This document shows, in pieces, positions 38,201-45,969 of a stretch of 64,000 nt of DNA. Made by a program: the position numbers and the translations under genes. The notes beneath the pieces are model-generated. The model was not told the DNA's origin and did not search any database. It saw only the letters and a list, made by a program, of their open reading frames with translations. Location: the IMG/VR virus record IMGVR_UViG_3300049218_000083, positions 69,861 to 133,860 of that record; one strand, written 5' to 3'. The stretch is from a virus. The first letter of the stretch is position 1; each line of letters begins with the position of its first letter.

Positions 38201-38344
38201 TTAGATCTCCAGTTTGAGTTGACGCTTCAGCTTGGCGCGCACGAGTTTGGTAATGGTACGCTTCAAACCCTTCTTGACCTTGGAGTGGGTATTGCCCTTC
38301 CGGGTCAGAGTGGTATTCAGCTTCTTGTGAGATATCTTGTCCAT
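38201..38344 (-). CDS. Small very basic protein (47 aa)
   Basis: Manual translation MDKISHKKLNTT..KLEI. Confidence 0.5.
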   Translation of the reverse strand: MDKISHKKLNTTLTRKGNTHSKVKKGLKRTITKLVRAKLKRQLKLEI

Positions 38345-38349
38345 ACCAG

Positions 38350-38399
38350 CAACTCTACGCGAAGTCGCCGACTAACGAAAGAGGAACAGTTATCGTTTC
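38350..38399. repeat. 50-bp dispersed repeat, copy 2
   Basis: See 37113-37162. Confidence 0.85.
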
Positions 38400-38767
38400 T
38401 ACCAGGCAATCTGGAATGAATCGAGATTCAGGTCGGGAAGATTGGACTTGCCGTGGAAATGACGAACGACTTCTTCACGGTGTTCCTTGTGTACTCGATT
38501 CAGCATGTGGTCCTCGGATTTGAACCAGAACGAGTCTCCATTGTAAGTGGCCCAAACATCGATGCCATATCGATGGACGTATGGACAAAGTGACATTTCA
38601 CCAATTGCTGCTTTACCGTTCTTCTCATTGATGAACACAACGATGTTGAATCTGAATCCGGACTGGAAAACTTTGATCTCACGTTTTTTGAGGACCGTAG
38701 CAATTCTCTTGGCATCCTCTAGACTCACATGACCCAAACCACCGGGACCATTATATGGTTGAACCAT
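38399..38767 (-). CDS. Hypothetical protein
   Basis: Start MVQPY via TGATG coupling. Confidence 0.55.
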   Translation of the reverse strand: MVQPYNGPGGLGHVSLEDAKRIATVLKKREIKVFQSGFRFNIVVFINEKNGKAAIGEMSLCPYVHRYGIDVWATYNGDSFWFKSEDHMLNRVHKEHREEVVRHFHGKSNLPDLNLDSFQIAW

Positions 38768-39255
38768 CAGCTGACCGTCCTTGGACACTGCCAAATATCT
38801 CGATAAATGATACCCTTCATCTGAGGGAACCCAGCGTTTGGTACAAAGTTGATTTTCAGCTTTGCCAACTTGCCAGCTGGAATACCATGAACAGATTCGA
38901 ACTCGTTTGTGCAATGAACGATTTCAACCTGGAAACCCTCATGTTGTGCAGCCTCGACATAGTCTCGGATCGACGCCCAACGCGCCAGCACACCAATGAG
39001 CACGACAGAGTTGCCGTTTGATAGTTCGGTGTAGATGCCGTCTTCAACCTTCTGAATTGCTTTCAGCCAACGTTCCTCAGTCCAGATGTAAGTGCCATCC
39101 GGCTCGGTCATGAACATATCGGTCTCGAAATACTTGATCCCAAGGTCCGTGGCAAGCTCACTCCCATACGTGGTCTTGCCAGATCCTGGAAGTCCGCGCA
39201 CGATGTAAAACACCTTGGGTTTTGGGAACAAGATTTTGGAAAGCCACTTGAACAT
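38767..39255 (-). CDS. P-loop kinase (AAA_33 / polynucleotide-kinase-like)
   Basis: IVRGLPGSGKTT; ETDMF; GFQVEIV; SVHGIP. Confidence 0.78.
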   Translation of the reverse strand: MFKWLSKILFPKPKVFYIVRGLPGSGKTTYGSELATDLGIKYFETDMFMTEPDGTYIWTEERWLKAIQKVEDGIYTELSNGNSVVLIGVLARWASIRDYVEAAQHEGFQVEIVHCTNEFESVHGIPAGKLAKLKINFVPNAGFPQMKGIIYRDIWQCPRTVS

Positions 39256-39582
39256 TTACTTCACCTGGACGTTCATCGCTGACGTTTTGTTCTGGGTCAC
39301 AAATCCGACATTGCCTTTGGTCACATGAATGACTGTGGCTGTCTTCCAATGAAGTTTGGTCACGTTGGAGCTGCTACCATTCAACGGAACTCCAAATACC
39401 AACTCAACTCGATCGTTCTTTTTGAGTCCCAGGCTTTCGTCAAGGTGAATCAAGCAGCCACCAATGCTGACGTTGACAACCTTACCGACCTGGCGTTTCT
39501 CACCAATTTTGCACAGGACAAAAATCCGTCCAACAGGTAGAAACCGTTGGTTGAGTCTTTTCTCTTCGCCCGAATAAGTCAT
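39256..39582 (-). CDS. PilZ-domain protein
   Basis: RLNQR (RxxxR) and NVSIGG (D/NxSxxG); ORF-track 5' extension is occupied by tRNA-Thr. Confidence 0.78.
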   Translation of the reverse strand: MTYSGEEKRLNQRFLPVGRIFVLCKIGEKRQVGKVVNVSIGGCLIHLDESLGLKKNDRVELVFGVPLNGSSSNVTKLHWKTATVIHVTKGNVGFVTQNKTSAMNVQVK

Positions 39583-39656
39583 GGAGCTCCCTTGCGGAAT
39601 CGAACCGCATTCTCTCGTGTACGAAACGAGTACATCGCCAGCAATGCTTAGGGAGC
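39582..39656 (-). tRNA. tRNA-Thr(CGT)
   Basis: Loop TTCGTAC; cloverleaf with CCA. Confidence 0.9.
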
Positions 39657-40190
39657 GTTGCTCAATTGAACCTTCAATGTCAAAGGGTAGATCTTGTTGA
39701 GCTGAAGGCTGGTCTTTCGAGTGTAAGGAATCTTTACCCAATGATAGTCAGACTTCAACTGTTTTTCGATCGCTTCGTATTTAGCGCACTCATCGACATA
39801 GCGAGTTTGCTCAGCTGCGTTCTTGGCATCAGCATCCGGATCTCCAGGACCATGGGTCCGAGTGATATAATCCCAAATGCCAGTTTTGCTGTACCACTGA
39901 CGCGTTGGATACTTGTGGCCCAACTTCTGCATCGTGTTGTAATCCCACTCTTTGCCAGTCACCTTGTGGACAAACACGCGGCGATACAGTTGCTGTTCAA
40001 CGCAAACAGAAATTTCCTGCGGACGATCCTTGGTTGCTTCCCGGACAATACGATATCCGAGATAGATACCCTTCGCTGCGTATGCGCTGCCTGTACACTT
40101 GGTCACAGACAAGATCGGATCGCCTGGATTGATCACGTCACCATGATCATTGGTGAACGGATTTTTCAAAATCGGTTTTAGTTTCGCCAC
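39648..40190 (-). CDS. Hypothetical protein (N-term similar to 41237-41638)
   Basis: TND.G..INPGD..VT..KGIYLG. Confidence 0.6.
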   Translation of the reverse strand: MAKLKPILKNPFTNDHGDVINPGDPILSVTKCTGSAYAAKGIYLGYRIVREATKDRPQEISVCVEQQLYRRVFVHKVTGKEWDYNTMQKLGHKYPTRQWYSKTGIWDYITRTHGPGDPDADAKNAAEQTRYVDECAKYEAIEKQLKSDYHWVKIPYTRKTSLQLNKIYPLTLKVQLSNAP

Positions 40191-40219
40191 GTCATTCTCC
40201 TCTTACAAGTCAAAATCGG

Positions 40220-40467
40220 CACTATCCCTATAGCCAGGTTTCTGTCTGTGTTGAGCCTATCCCAACACTCATCCATCATTCGCCTCAGGCTTTCGCCTGG
40301 TCACCAATTGTGACTGCCGCAACCCGACCTCATAGGGTGAAGCTTCCCTCGGTCTGTTAGCGTTGCTGGCCACGTTGCTAGTGCTAACGACTTTCGTCTC
40401 CTAACAGCTTCGAGCCAGTCCTGAACTTCCTCTAGGGTTTCCGCCCCAGCGATGGATCGGGATAGTG
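40220..40467 (-). ncRNA. rnpB: RNase P RNA, compact form
   Basis: P1 CACTATCCC/GGGATAGTG; CR-I GAGGAAGTTCAGG; CR-V ACAGAAACCTGGCT; P4 AG(U)UCAGG:CCUGGCU; P2 ATCCATCG/TGATGGAT; P19 GTGTTGGG/CTCAACAC. Confidence 0.88.
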
Positions 40468-40472
40468 AAACC

Positions 40473-40838
40473 TTAAACTTTCTTGGCCTTTTGAACTGCT
40501 TTCTTCGCAGCTTCAATTCTAGCGCGTTCTTTCTTAACCACCTTCTCCATCTCGAGTATCTTGGCCTTTGCTTGAAGCATGATCTCGATGGCCTTGTCGA
40601 TCTTCTCGAGTTTCATCTCGGAGTCGGAGTCGTATTCTTCGAAGTCCCAAGTGATCACGCGATTGCAATCACCAAGACTCATGGTGAAGTCAACGTTGAT
40701 GTAATCCTTGTCTGGCGAATCAGCCTTGCTGACATAGACGTGCGCTTTGTAGCGAATGAAGCTGCCGGTGTCGAGTGGATCGATAAAGTCTCCACCAGTG
40801 ACACGGATCAGGTCATCGCGATTCTTTTTCTTCGGCAT
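40473..40838 (-). CDS. Hypothetical protein
   Basis: 121 aa, coiled-coil C-term. Confidence 0.6.
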   Translation of the reverse strand: MPKKKNRDDLIRVTGGDFIDPLDTGSFIRYKAHVYVSKADSPDKDYINVDFTMSLGDCNRVITWDFEEYDSDSEMKLEKIDKAIEIMLQAKAKILEMEKVVKKERARIEAAKKAVQKAKKV

Positions 40839-41214
40839 CTACTTCTCCATCTGGTAAAACTGCGTCCTTGGGAACTTCTTTCCAAAGACCATCATCTTTG
40901 ACTTCCACTTTGATTTGTCGCATCTGGCGCGCAACATTGTCCTGGATCACTGCCTCGGTGCCGTTGCGTCGCATGATTTCCATCTTGTGCCACACCTTGA
41001 ATTTATCAGTGTTGCACATACGTTCAAAGGCAGTGCTGCGGTTTTGGCGCTGTACTCTAGAGTCTTCTGCATACCCATGGGCACCACTGGCTCGGTGGGT
41101 ACAGTGAACCGCTGAGTTCGTCTTATTCTTCTTCTGACCACCATTGCCGGTGCCGCGAGTGTAGGACCAATCGCAGTCGGCAGCGGTAACAGAGAAGAGT
41201 AACTCGCGAGCCAT
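40813..41214 (-). CDS. Class I release-factor-like GGQ peptidyl-tRNA hydrolase domain protein
   Basis: RGTGNGGQKKNKTNSAVHCTH..SRVQRQNR..A. Confidence 0.88.
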   Translation of the reverse strand: MARELLFSVTAADCDWSYTRGTGNGGQKKNKTNSAVHCTHRASGAHGYAEDSRVQRQNRSTAFERMCNTDKFKVWHKMEIMRRNGTEAVIQDNVARQMRQIKVEVKDDGLWKEVPKDAVLPDGEVDAEEKESR

Positions 41215-41236
41215 TATGGATTCAATCGATTCTGCA

Positions 41237-41638
41237 TTAACTTGATGGCGTCAGCCGGTTGCGACGAAACAGCAATGTTATATCGTCCTTGTCAACTCGA
41301 AAGATTTTCTTGTTGACGAATGCACGATTTCCGTCGTAACCAGTCTCAACACGCTTGCGAACAACGTCAGGAGCCGTATTCCACCAATCCTTAAGCACTT
41401 TTCCAGTCGCTGCGTCCTCGAAGTGGATCTTCTTCTTGCGAACTTGCAAACGAACTGACGTGGTCTTGTTTGTAGTTGTGTTCACAAGAATGCCAAGGAA
41501 CTTACCCTTGGTGATTTTAATGCCACTCTTGGCTGAAGTTACAGCAATCACTTCTTGACCAGGTTGAATGGTCTGATTGATTTCGTTGGTGTAAGCAACT
41601 GCGAGAAACTTGGGACGCTTGTAATTCCGCTTGCTCAT
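41237..41638 (-). CDS. Basic hypothetical protein
   Basis: TNEINQTIQPGQEVIAVT..KGKFLG. Confidence 0.6.
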   Translation of the reverse strand: MSKRNYKRPKFLAVAYTNEINQTIQPGQEVIAVTSAKSGIKITKGKFLGILVNTTTNKTTSVRLQVRKKKIHFEDAATGKVLKDWWNTAPDVVRKRVETGYDGNRAFVNKKIFRVDKDDITLLFRRNRLTPSS

Positions 41639-41720
41639 AATGTATATCCTTGACGATATCTATCGAAGTAAACGTGGTTGTCCTTGACGATATCTTTGAT
41701 GTCGGATGAGAGGAACAAGA

Positions 41721-42005
41721 TTAGACATCCTTCCGGTTGGCTGGACGAGGCAACGGGACACCACGGCGAGTGATGTAGTCCTGAGCAAGTTTGTCCTGCT
41801 CAGCCTTGAGCAGTCTTTCGATCGTTCGCCGCTGGATGCACTTGTCGCACATACACTCTGGCTTGTGGATGTCTAATGCTTGACTCATTTCACGAACTCT
41901 CTTGATATACGCAGGAGGACAATTTAGAAACGCTAGATACAAGTCTAAATTGTTTCCTCGTAAAAGAAACGTCAAATTTCGACGTTCCATCATGACAAAT
42001 GACAT
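41721..42005 (-). CDS. Hypothetical protein (start uncertain)
   Basis: CMCDKC; lies downstream of tRNA-Ser. Confidence 0.45.
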   Translation of the reverse strand: MSFVMMERRNLTFLLRGNNLDLYLAFLNCPPAYIKRVREMSQALDIHKPECMCDKCIQRRTIERLLKAEQDKLAQDYITRRGVPLPRPANRKDV

Positions 42006-42019
42006 GTGCAATTTTAATC

Positions 42020-42107
42020 TGGCGGAGAGCAGAGGAATCGAACCCCAACCCATTACTGAGTCCCTTTCTTTAGCAAAGAAGCGTGAGCCCAGCCCACGTT
42101 ACTCTCC
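42020..42107 (-). tRNA. tRNA-Ser(GCT)
   Basis: Loop TTGCTAA; long variable arm; GCCA. Confidence 0.88.
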
Positions 42108-42470
42108 AGATCTCTTTCTGTTGTCTTGATTGACTTTCTTAGTGATGTCAATGAAGTCAGGATACATTTTCTTGAACGTTTTGACAGCGTCATGAATGTT
42201 ACCAGCATACCACTCGGAGTTCTTTCCAGTTCCTGAACCTTTGAATGGCAACCATGCGTTGTGCATAGCCTTCTCAACTTCCTTGTGGTCTTCCATTTCT
42301 GCGACCAAAAGAACTTCGGCTGTCATGCCCGGAAACACTTTGTAGCGGTTCAGGGATTTCTTCAATTCCAACAAGTCACGGCTGGTCTTATCGACTCTGC
42401 CGAGCTTAAAGAAGGTCTTCCGTCCTGGATGTTTGATGATGTAAATTGAACCACTGGTTTTCTTCATCAT
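42099..42470 (-). CDS. GIY-YIG / T5orf172-like protein
   Basis: GSIYII..FKLGR..VEKAMH..SEWY. Confidence 0.65.
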   Translation of the reverse strand: MMKKTSGSIYIIKHPGRKTFFKLGRVDKTSRDLLELKKSLNRYKVFPGMTAEVLLVAEMEDHKEVEKAMHNAWLPFKGSGTGKNSEWYAGNIHDAVKTFKKMYPDFIDITKKVNQDNRKRSGE

Positions 42471-42512
42471 CGAACCTCTTTATTCTTAGCTCGACAGAGT
42501 CTCATTTAGACT

Positions 42513-43100
42513 CTAGTGCTTATTATACGCTGGATTCTTCCAGACTCGGCTGTTCTTAGGAATCGTTGCAAGCAAGTAGTCCATTTGATCAGCCAGCACT
42601 TTCCGGTTCTTCAACAGCAACTTCTCCTGAAGAGATGGTGCGTATGGAACGTAAAGAAGATGCATTCCTGCTTCCTCTGGAGTCCTGTCAGCCTTACCAT
42701 GGTTGCATGACTTACATGCAGTTACCGTGTTTGTCCAGAAGTGCCTTCCACCACGAGACTTTGGGTGCACGTGGTCGATGGTCAAGTGGTGATCCTTGAA
42801 CTGGATTCCACAGTAAGCGCAAAGATGTGCGTCACGAGCGTACAGAATGTCACGCTCTGCGTACACGGTTTCACGAGTGTAGAAATCGTTGCCGAATACA
42901 GGACCAGTAACCATGATGATGCTTGACACTGTGACGACAGAAACATCGCCGTCGCCGTTCTTTCCGCCTGTATAGGTCTTGATTGGGGAACCAAGATCAC
43001 ACACGACTTTGTCACGAGCGTAGTAGCAACATCCAGTTTCTATGTCAGTCCAGTCACGTGGGTTGCCAGATTTGTCAACAATCAATACATCGAGAGACAT
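42513..43100 (-). CDS. HNH endonuclease (McrA-like)
   Basis: RDAHLCAYCG..TIDHVHPKSRGG..WTNTVTACKSCN. Confidence 0.9.
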   Translation of the reverse strand: MSLDVLIVDKSGNPRDWTDIETGCCYYARDKVVCDLGSPIKTYTGGKNGDGDVSVVTVSSIIMVTGPVFGNDFYTRETVYAERDILYARDAHLCAYCGIQFKDHHLTIDHVHPKSRGGRHFWTNTVTACKSCNHGKADRTPEEAGMHLLYVPYAPSLQEKLLLKNRKVLADQMDYLLATIPKNSRVWKNPAYNKH

Positions 43101-43145
43101 GGTAATCTCCTCTTTATCAACAACATAATGTATTTAGCACGAAAC

Positions 43146-43220
43146 TGGAGTGGTCGACAGGATTCGAACCTGCATAGGACAGTTTTGCAGACTGCCGCGT
43201 GACCTTTCCGCCACGACCAC
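43146..43220 (-). tRNA. tRNA-Cys(GCA)
   Basis: Loop CTGCAAA; TCCA. Confidence 0.9.
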
Positions 43221-43228
43221 GTTGACTC

Positions 43229-43555
43229 TTAGCGCGCCAGGATCAGATTTTGATTTGGCACATCAATCTTGCGCTTGCCAAACATACGTTCATGGTGAAC
43301 GATAACCTGATCATCAGGCTTGGCAATGAATACGATCTTGTCCAGGAACAGAGGGACGGCACCGTCAACCAATGTTGCCCACGGAAGGAAACCTACACCG
43401 ATTTTGACTTGACCTGTCTTAGGATCCGGTTCGCCTGGCTGCGGAACAATCATCACAGCTTCGTCAACCTCGACAATAGTCTCGCTGACATTCAGGACGC
43501 GGCAAAGAAGCTCTTCGCCAGAAACCAACTTCACAATCTTTACATCGTCACTCAT
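43229..43555 (-). CDS. Conserved T4-like hypothetical protein (Sm-like)
   Basis: VKIVKLVSGEEL; FLPW. Confidence 0.65.
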   Translation of the reverse strand: MSDDVKIVKLVSGEELLCRVLNVSETIVEVDEAVMIVPQPGEPDPKTGQVKIGVGFLPWATLVDGAVPLFLDKIVFIAKPDDQVIVHHERMFGKRKIDVPNQNLILAR

Positions 43556-43564
43556 GATATCCCC

Positions 43565-43726
43565 TTAAAATTTGAACCTGACCTGTAACGGCATTCGCTT
43601 GTCACAGTGAAGATGGACATTATGCTTATCATCGACCGCGCGTTCGCACAGGACAAAAACATTTTCTCTGGTGATTGCACAACCAGAGAAAATGAGCAGT
43701 ATGACCAACAAAACTATGTTGCGCAT
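43565..43726 (-). CDS. Small putative lipoprotein
   Basis: Lipobox FSGC. Confidence 0.5.
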   Translation of the reverse strand: MRNIVLLVILLIFSGCAITRENVFVLCERAVDDKHNVHLHCDKRMPLQVRFKF

Positions 43727-43761
43727 ACAATTATGATAACCTGGAATTGACGATGGGGAAA

Positions 43762-43837
43762 TGGAGCGGATGATGGGACTCGAACCCACGACGTTTTCCT
43801 TGGCAAGGAAATGCAATTGCCGCTATGCGACATCCGC
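43762..43837 (-). tRNA. tRNA-Gly(GCC)
   Basis: Loop TTGCCAA. Confidence 0.92.
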
Positions 43838-43845
43838 GAAAGGAG

Positions 43846-43990
43846 TGCCCGAAGTGGGATTCGAACCCACAGTAAGCGTCGTGCATCACCTTTTCGGTTG
43901 CATCGACCTATACAAAGATACATTAATGCTGACTCGGACATTCGCACAATGCGAACCCATGTTGCGTTTTGCCTGTTTCGCCATTCGGGC
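43846..43990 (-). ncRNA. 145-nt tRNA-like RNA with large insertion
   Basis: Leu-like acceptor GCCCGAA/TTCGGGC, D-arm and T-arm; no standard anticodon arm; no CCA. Confidence 0.7.
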
Positions 43991-44021
43991 AGAGTGGTTG
44001 CGCGAAACATCTTTGTAAACC

Positions 44022-44096
44022 TGGTGCTCTCACTGAGAATCGAACTCAGATCCCGTCCTTACCAAAGACGTATCTTGACCATTGGACGATAAGAGC
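44022..44096 (-). tRNA. tRNA-Thr(GGT)
   Basis: Loop TTGGTAA. Confidence 0.9.
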
Positions 44097-44100
44097 GAAC

Positions 44101-44173
44101 TGGTGGTTCATGAAGGAATCGAACCTTCGTATTGCCATGTCAAAGCAACGTATTCCCGCTATACGAATGAACC
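44101..44173 (-). tRNA. tRNA-Val(GAC)
   Basis: Loop TTGACAT. Confidence 0.88.
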
Positions 44174-44180
44174 AAAATCT

Positions 44181-44363
44181 TTAGTGAATTCCTAGCGCAT
44201 GTAAATATGGCAGGAACTGTATTACCAACCAAACCACTAAAGCAGCAATGGCTACGCAGTTCAGGATATCCTTGAACGTTTGCTGGATTGGCGCTTTGTT
44301 TGCTAGATATAGCAAAATTCCAGCGAAGAAAATTACTGCAAGAATTGGTAGAATCGCGATCAT
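44181..44363 (-). CDS. Small two-TM membrane protein
   Basis: MIAILPILAVIFFAGILLYL.. Confidence 0.55.
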   Translation of the reverse strand: MIAILPILAVIFFAGILLYLANKAPIQQTFKDILNCVAIAALVVWLVIQFLPYLHALGIH

Positions 44364-44397
44364 AGTTTGTGTCTCAACATTATGTTTATCGAACAAT

Positions 44398-44474
44398 TGG
44401 TACCTCAGATGGGAGTCGAACCCACAGAAACTCATTTTTGAGACGAGTATGTTTGCCAATTACATCACTGAGGC
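44398..44474 (-). tRNA. tRNA-Leu(CAA), short variable arm
   Basis: Loop CTCAAAA. Confidence 0.87.
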
Positions 44475-44497
44475 ATAGGTCAATATGTATCCAAAGC

Positions 44498-44583
44498 TGG
44501 CGGGAAGCTGACGAATCGAACGCCAACCGTTTCCAGTCGATCTGCTTTCTAGACAGTCTTGAGCCCAGCCCAAATAACTTCCC
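44498..44583 (-). tRNA. tRNA-Ser(AGA), A34
   Basis: Loop CTAGAAA; long arm; G73. Confidence 0.85.
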
Positions 44584-44587
44584 AATA

Positions 44588-44664
44588 TGGTGCCTCGTGC
44601 GAGATTCGAACTCGCAAAATTCTGGGTTTAAGTCAGACACGTTTGCCAATTACGTCAACAAGGC
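44588..44664 (-). tRNA. tRNA-Leu(TAA), short variable arm
   Basis: Loop CTTAAAC. Confidence 0.85.
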
Positions 44665-44671
44665 GAATCGA

Positions 44672-44767
44672 TGGTACTCCATACAGGAATTGAACCTGCC
44701 CGTTGCAGCCAGTCCGGCCACTCTCGCGTGCTTATAAAACACACCCGCACGACCAGTGCTATGGAGC
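44672..44767 (-). tRNA. tRNA-Ile(TAT)-like with long variable arm
   Basis: Loop TTTATAA; 96 nt; ACCA. Confidence 0.7.
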
Positions 44768-44784
44768 ATATTATACTCTAAACT

Positions 44785-44870
44785 TGGCGGAAAGTACAGG
44801 AATCGAACCTGAACCCTTTAGAGTCAATCTGTTTAGCAAACAGTTGCAGACCCAGTCTACATTACTTTCC
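44785..44870 (-). tRNA. tRNA-Ser(GCT), second copy
   Basis: Loop TTGCTAA; long arm. Confidence 0.88.
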
Positions 44871-44875
44871 AAATT

Positions 44876-44926
44876 TGGCGGATGGTGAAGTATAAGGCAG
44901 TTGTTTTACCGCTAAACTATAGGACC
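44876..44926 (-). pseudogene. Chimeric truncated tRNA
   Basis: 5' half of one tRNA (GGTCCTA..CTTATA) joined to a Ser-type 3' end (CACCATCCGCCA). Confidence 0.65.
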
Positions 44927-44931
44927 AAAAC

Positions 44932-45017
44932 TGGCGGAAGAATGACGAATCGAACGCCACCAGTTTCCCGGCAATCCGCTTTCAAGGCGGTTCCCATCCC
45001 AGATGAGTTATTCTTCC
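44932..45017 (-). tRNA. tRNA-Ser(TGA)
   Basis: Loop CTTGAAA; long arm. Confidence 0.9.
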
Positions 45018-45019
45018 AA

Positions 45020-45299
45020 ATTCTTTGTTCTGAAATTGCGCGTCCTGGTTCTAATCATGTGACAGTTAGAACAACGTATAACACATTTTTGCAATTTCGA
45101 CTTTAATCTTTTTTAGGCTGGAATACATCATGGAGCCAACCGTCTTGACTTTGGTTGTTTCATTGACATGATCAAATTCTAGCGCATGTGCATTGGCTTT
45201 GTAACCGCAGTCAACGCATCCTTTCATTCGCTTGTACCGACCAATGATTGCTCTGGTACGTGCGGCTCTAATTTTACTTACGCTTGGATTGGTGCCCAT
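45020..45299 (-). pseudogene. Frameshifted HNH endonuclease
   Basis: CVDCG..LEFDH..EIAK, then CVIRCSNCH in another frame after an A5 run near 45088. Confidence 0.7.
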
Positions 45300-45310
45300 G
45301 GGAGTATAGC

Positions 45311-45385
45311 TGGTGTTCCTAGAGGGAATCGAACCCTCGTCGAGATCTTGAGAGGATCTCATCCTGGCCGCTAGAAGATAGGAAC
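45311..45385 (-). tRNA. tRNA-Glu(CTC)
   Basis: Loop CTCTCAA. Confidence 0.9.
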
Positions 45386-45390
45386 ATAAC

Positions 45391-45466
45391 TGGGGCGATC
45401 GACGAGATTCGAACTCGCGCTGACTCTTTCACAGAGAGTGGTGCTTACCGCTACACTACGAACGCC
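45391..45466 (-). tRNA. tRNA-His(GTG)
   Basis: Loop CTGTGAA; G-1, C73. Confidence 0.9.
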
Positions 45467-45472
45467 ATAAAC

Positions 45473-45546
45473 TGGTTCCTCGAGATGGGGTCGAACCACC
45501 GTTAACGATTTCAGAGACCGTTGTCCTGCCATTAGACGATCGAGGA
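45473..45546 (-). tRNA. tRNA-Gln(CTG)
   Basis: Loop CTCTGAA. Confidence 0.88.
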
Positions 45547-45604
45547 ATAAACTGGAGCGCGCCAGAGTGTTTGGCTCTGTAAAGTCGCGAGCAGCGCGCA
45601 TAAA

Positions 45605-45680
45605 TGGTCGGAGTGGTGGGATTCGAACCCACGACCTCTCAGTTCCAAGCCGAGTCGTCTGGCCACTGACTTACACTCCG
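45605..45680 (-). tRNA. tRNA-Pro(TGG)
   Basis: Loop CTTGGAA; C1-G72. Confidence 0.88.
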
Positions 45681-45688
45681 ATAAACTT

Positions 45689-45772
45689 TGGTGCCCTCGA
45701 TAGGAGTCGAACCTACACGTCTTTCGACACTGGCTTCTTAGACCAGCATGGCTGCCGTTACATCACAAGGGC
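45689..45772 (-). tRNA. tRNA-Leu(AAG), A34
   Basis: Loop CTAAGAA; long arm; A73. Confidence 0.87.
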
Positions 45773-45777
45773 AAATC

Positions 45778-45854
45778 TGGACCCGCCAATAGGATTCGAA
45801 CCTACAACCATCCGCTTCGTAGGCGGAAGCTCTATCCAGTTGAGCTATGGCGAG
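45778..45854 (-). tRNA. tRNA-Arg(ACG)
   Basis: Loop CTACGAA. Confidence 0.9.
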
Positions 45855-45888
45855 AATATTGTGGTAATGCTAGCTTGTTTACCATAGA

Positions 45889-45964
45889 TGGCACCCTCGA
45901 TAGGAGTCGAACCTACGCGATCTTCGTTCGAAGCGAAGTCCCCGAATTCCCTCGGGTCGAAGGC
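45889..45964 (-). tRNA. tRNA-Arg(TCG)
   Basis: Loop CTTCGAA. Confidence 0.85.
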
Positions 45965-45969
45965 ATAAT

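Noticed and set aside
41647-41695. 15-bp direct repeat TCCTTGACGATATCT (two copies, 34 bp apart)
   Set aside because: Only two copies with no further pattern; likely a local duplication
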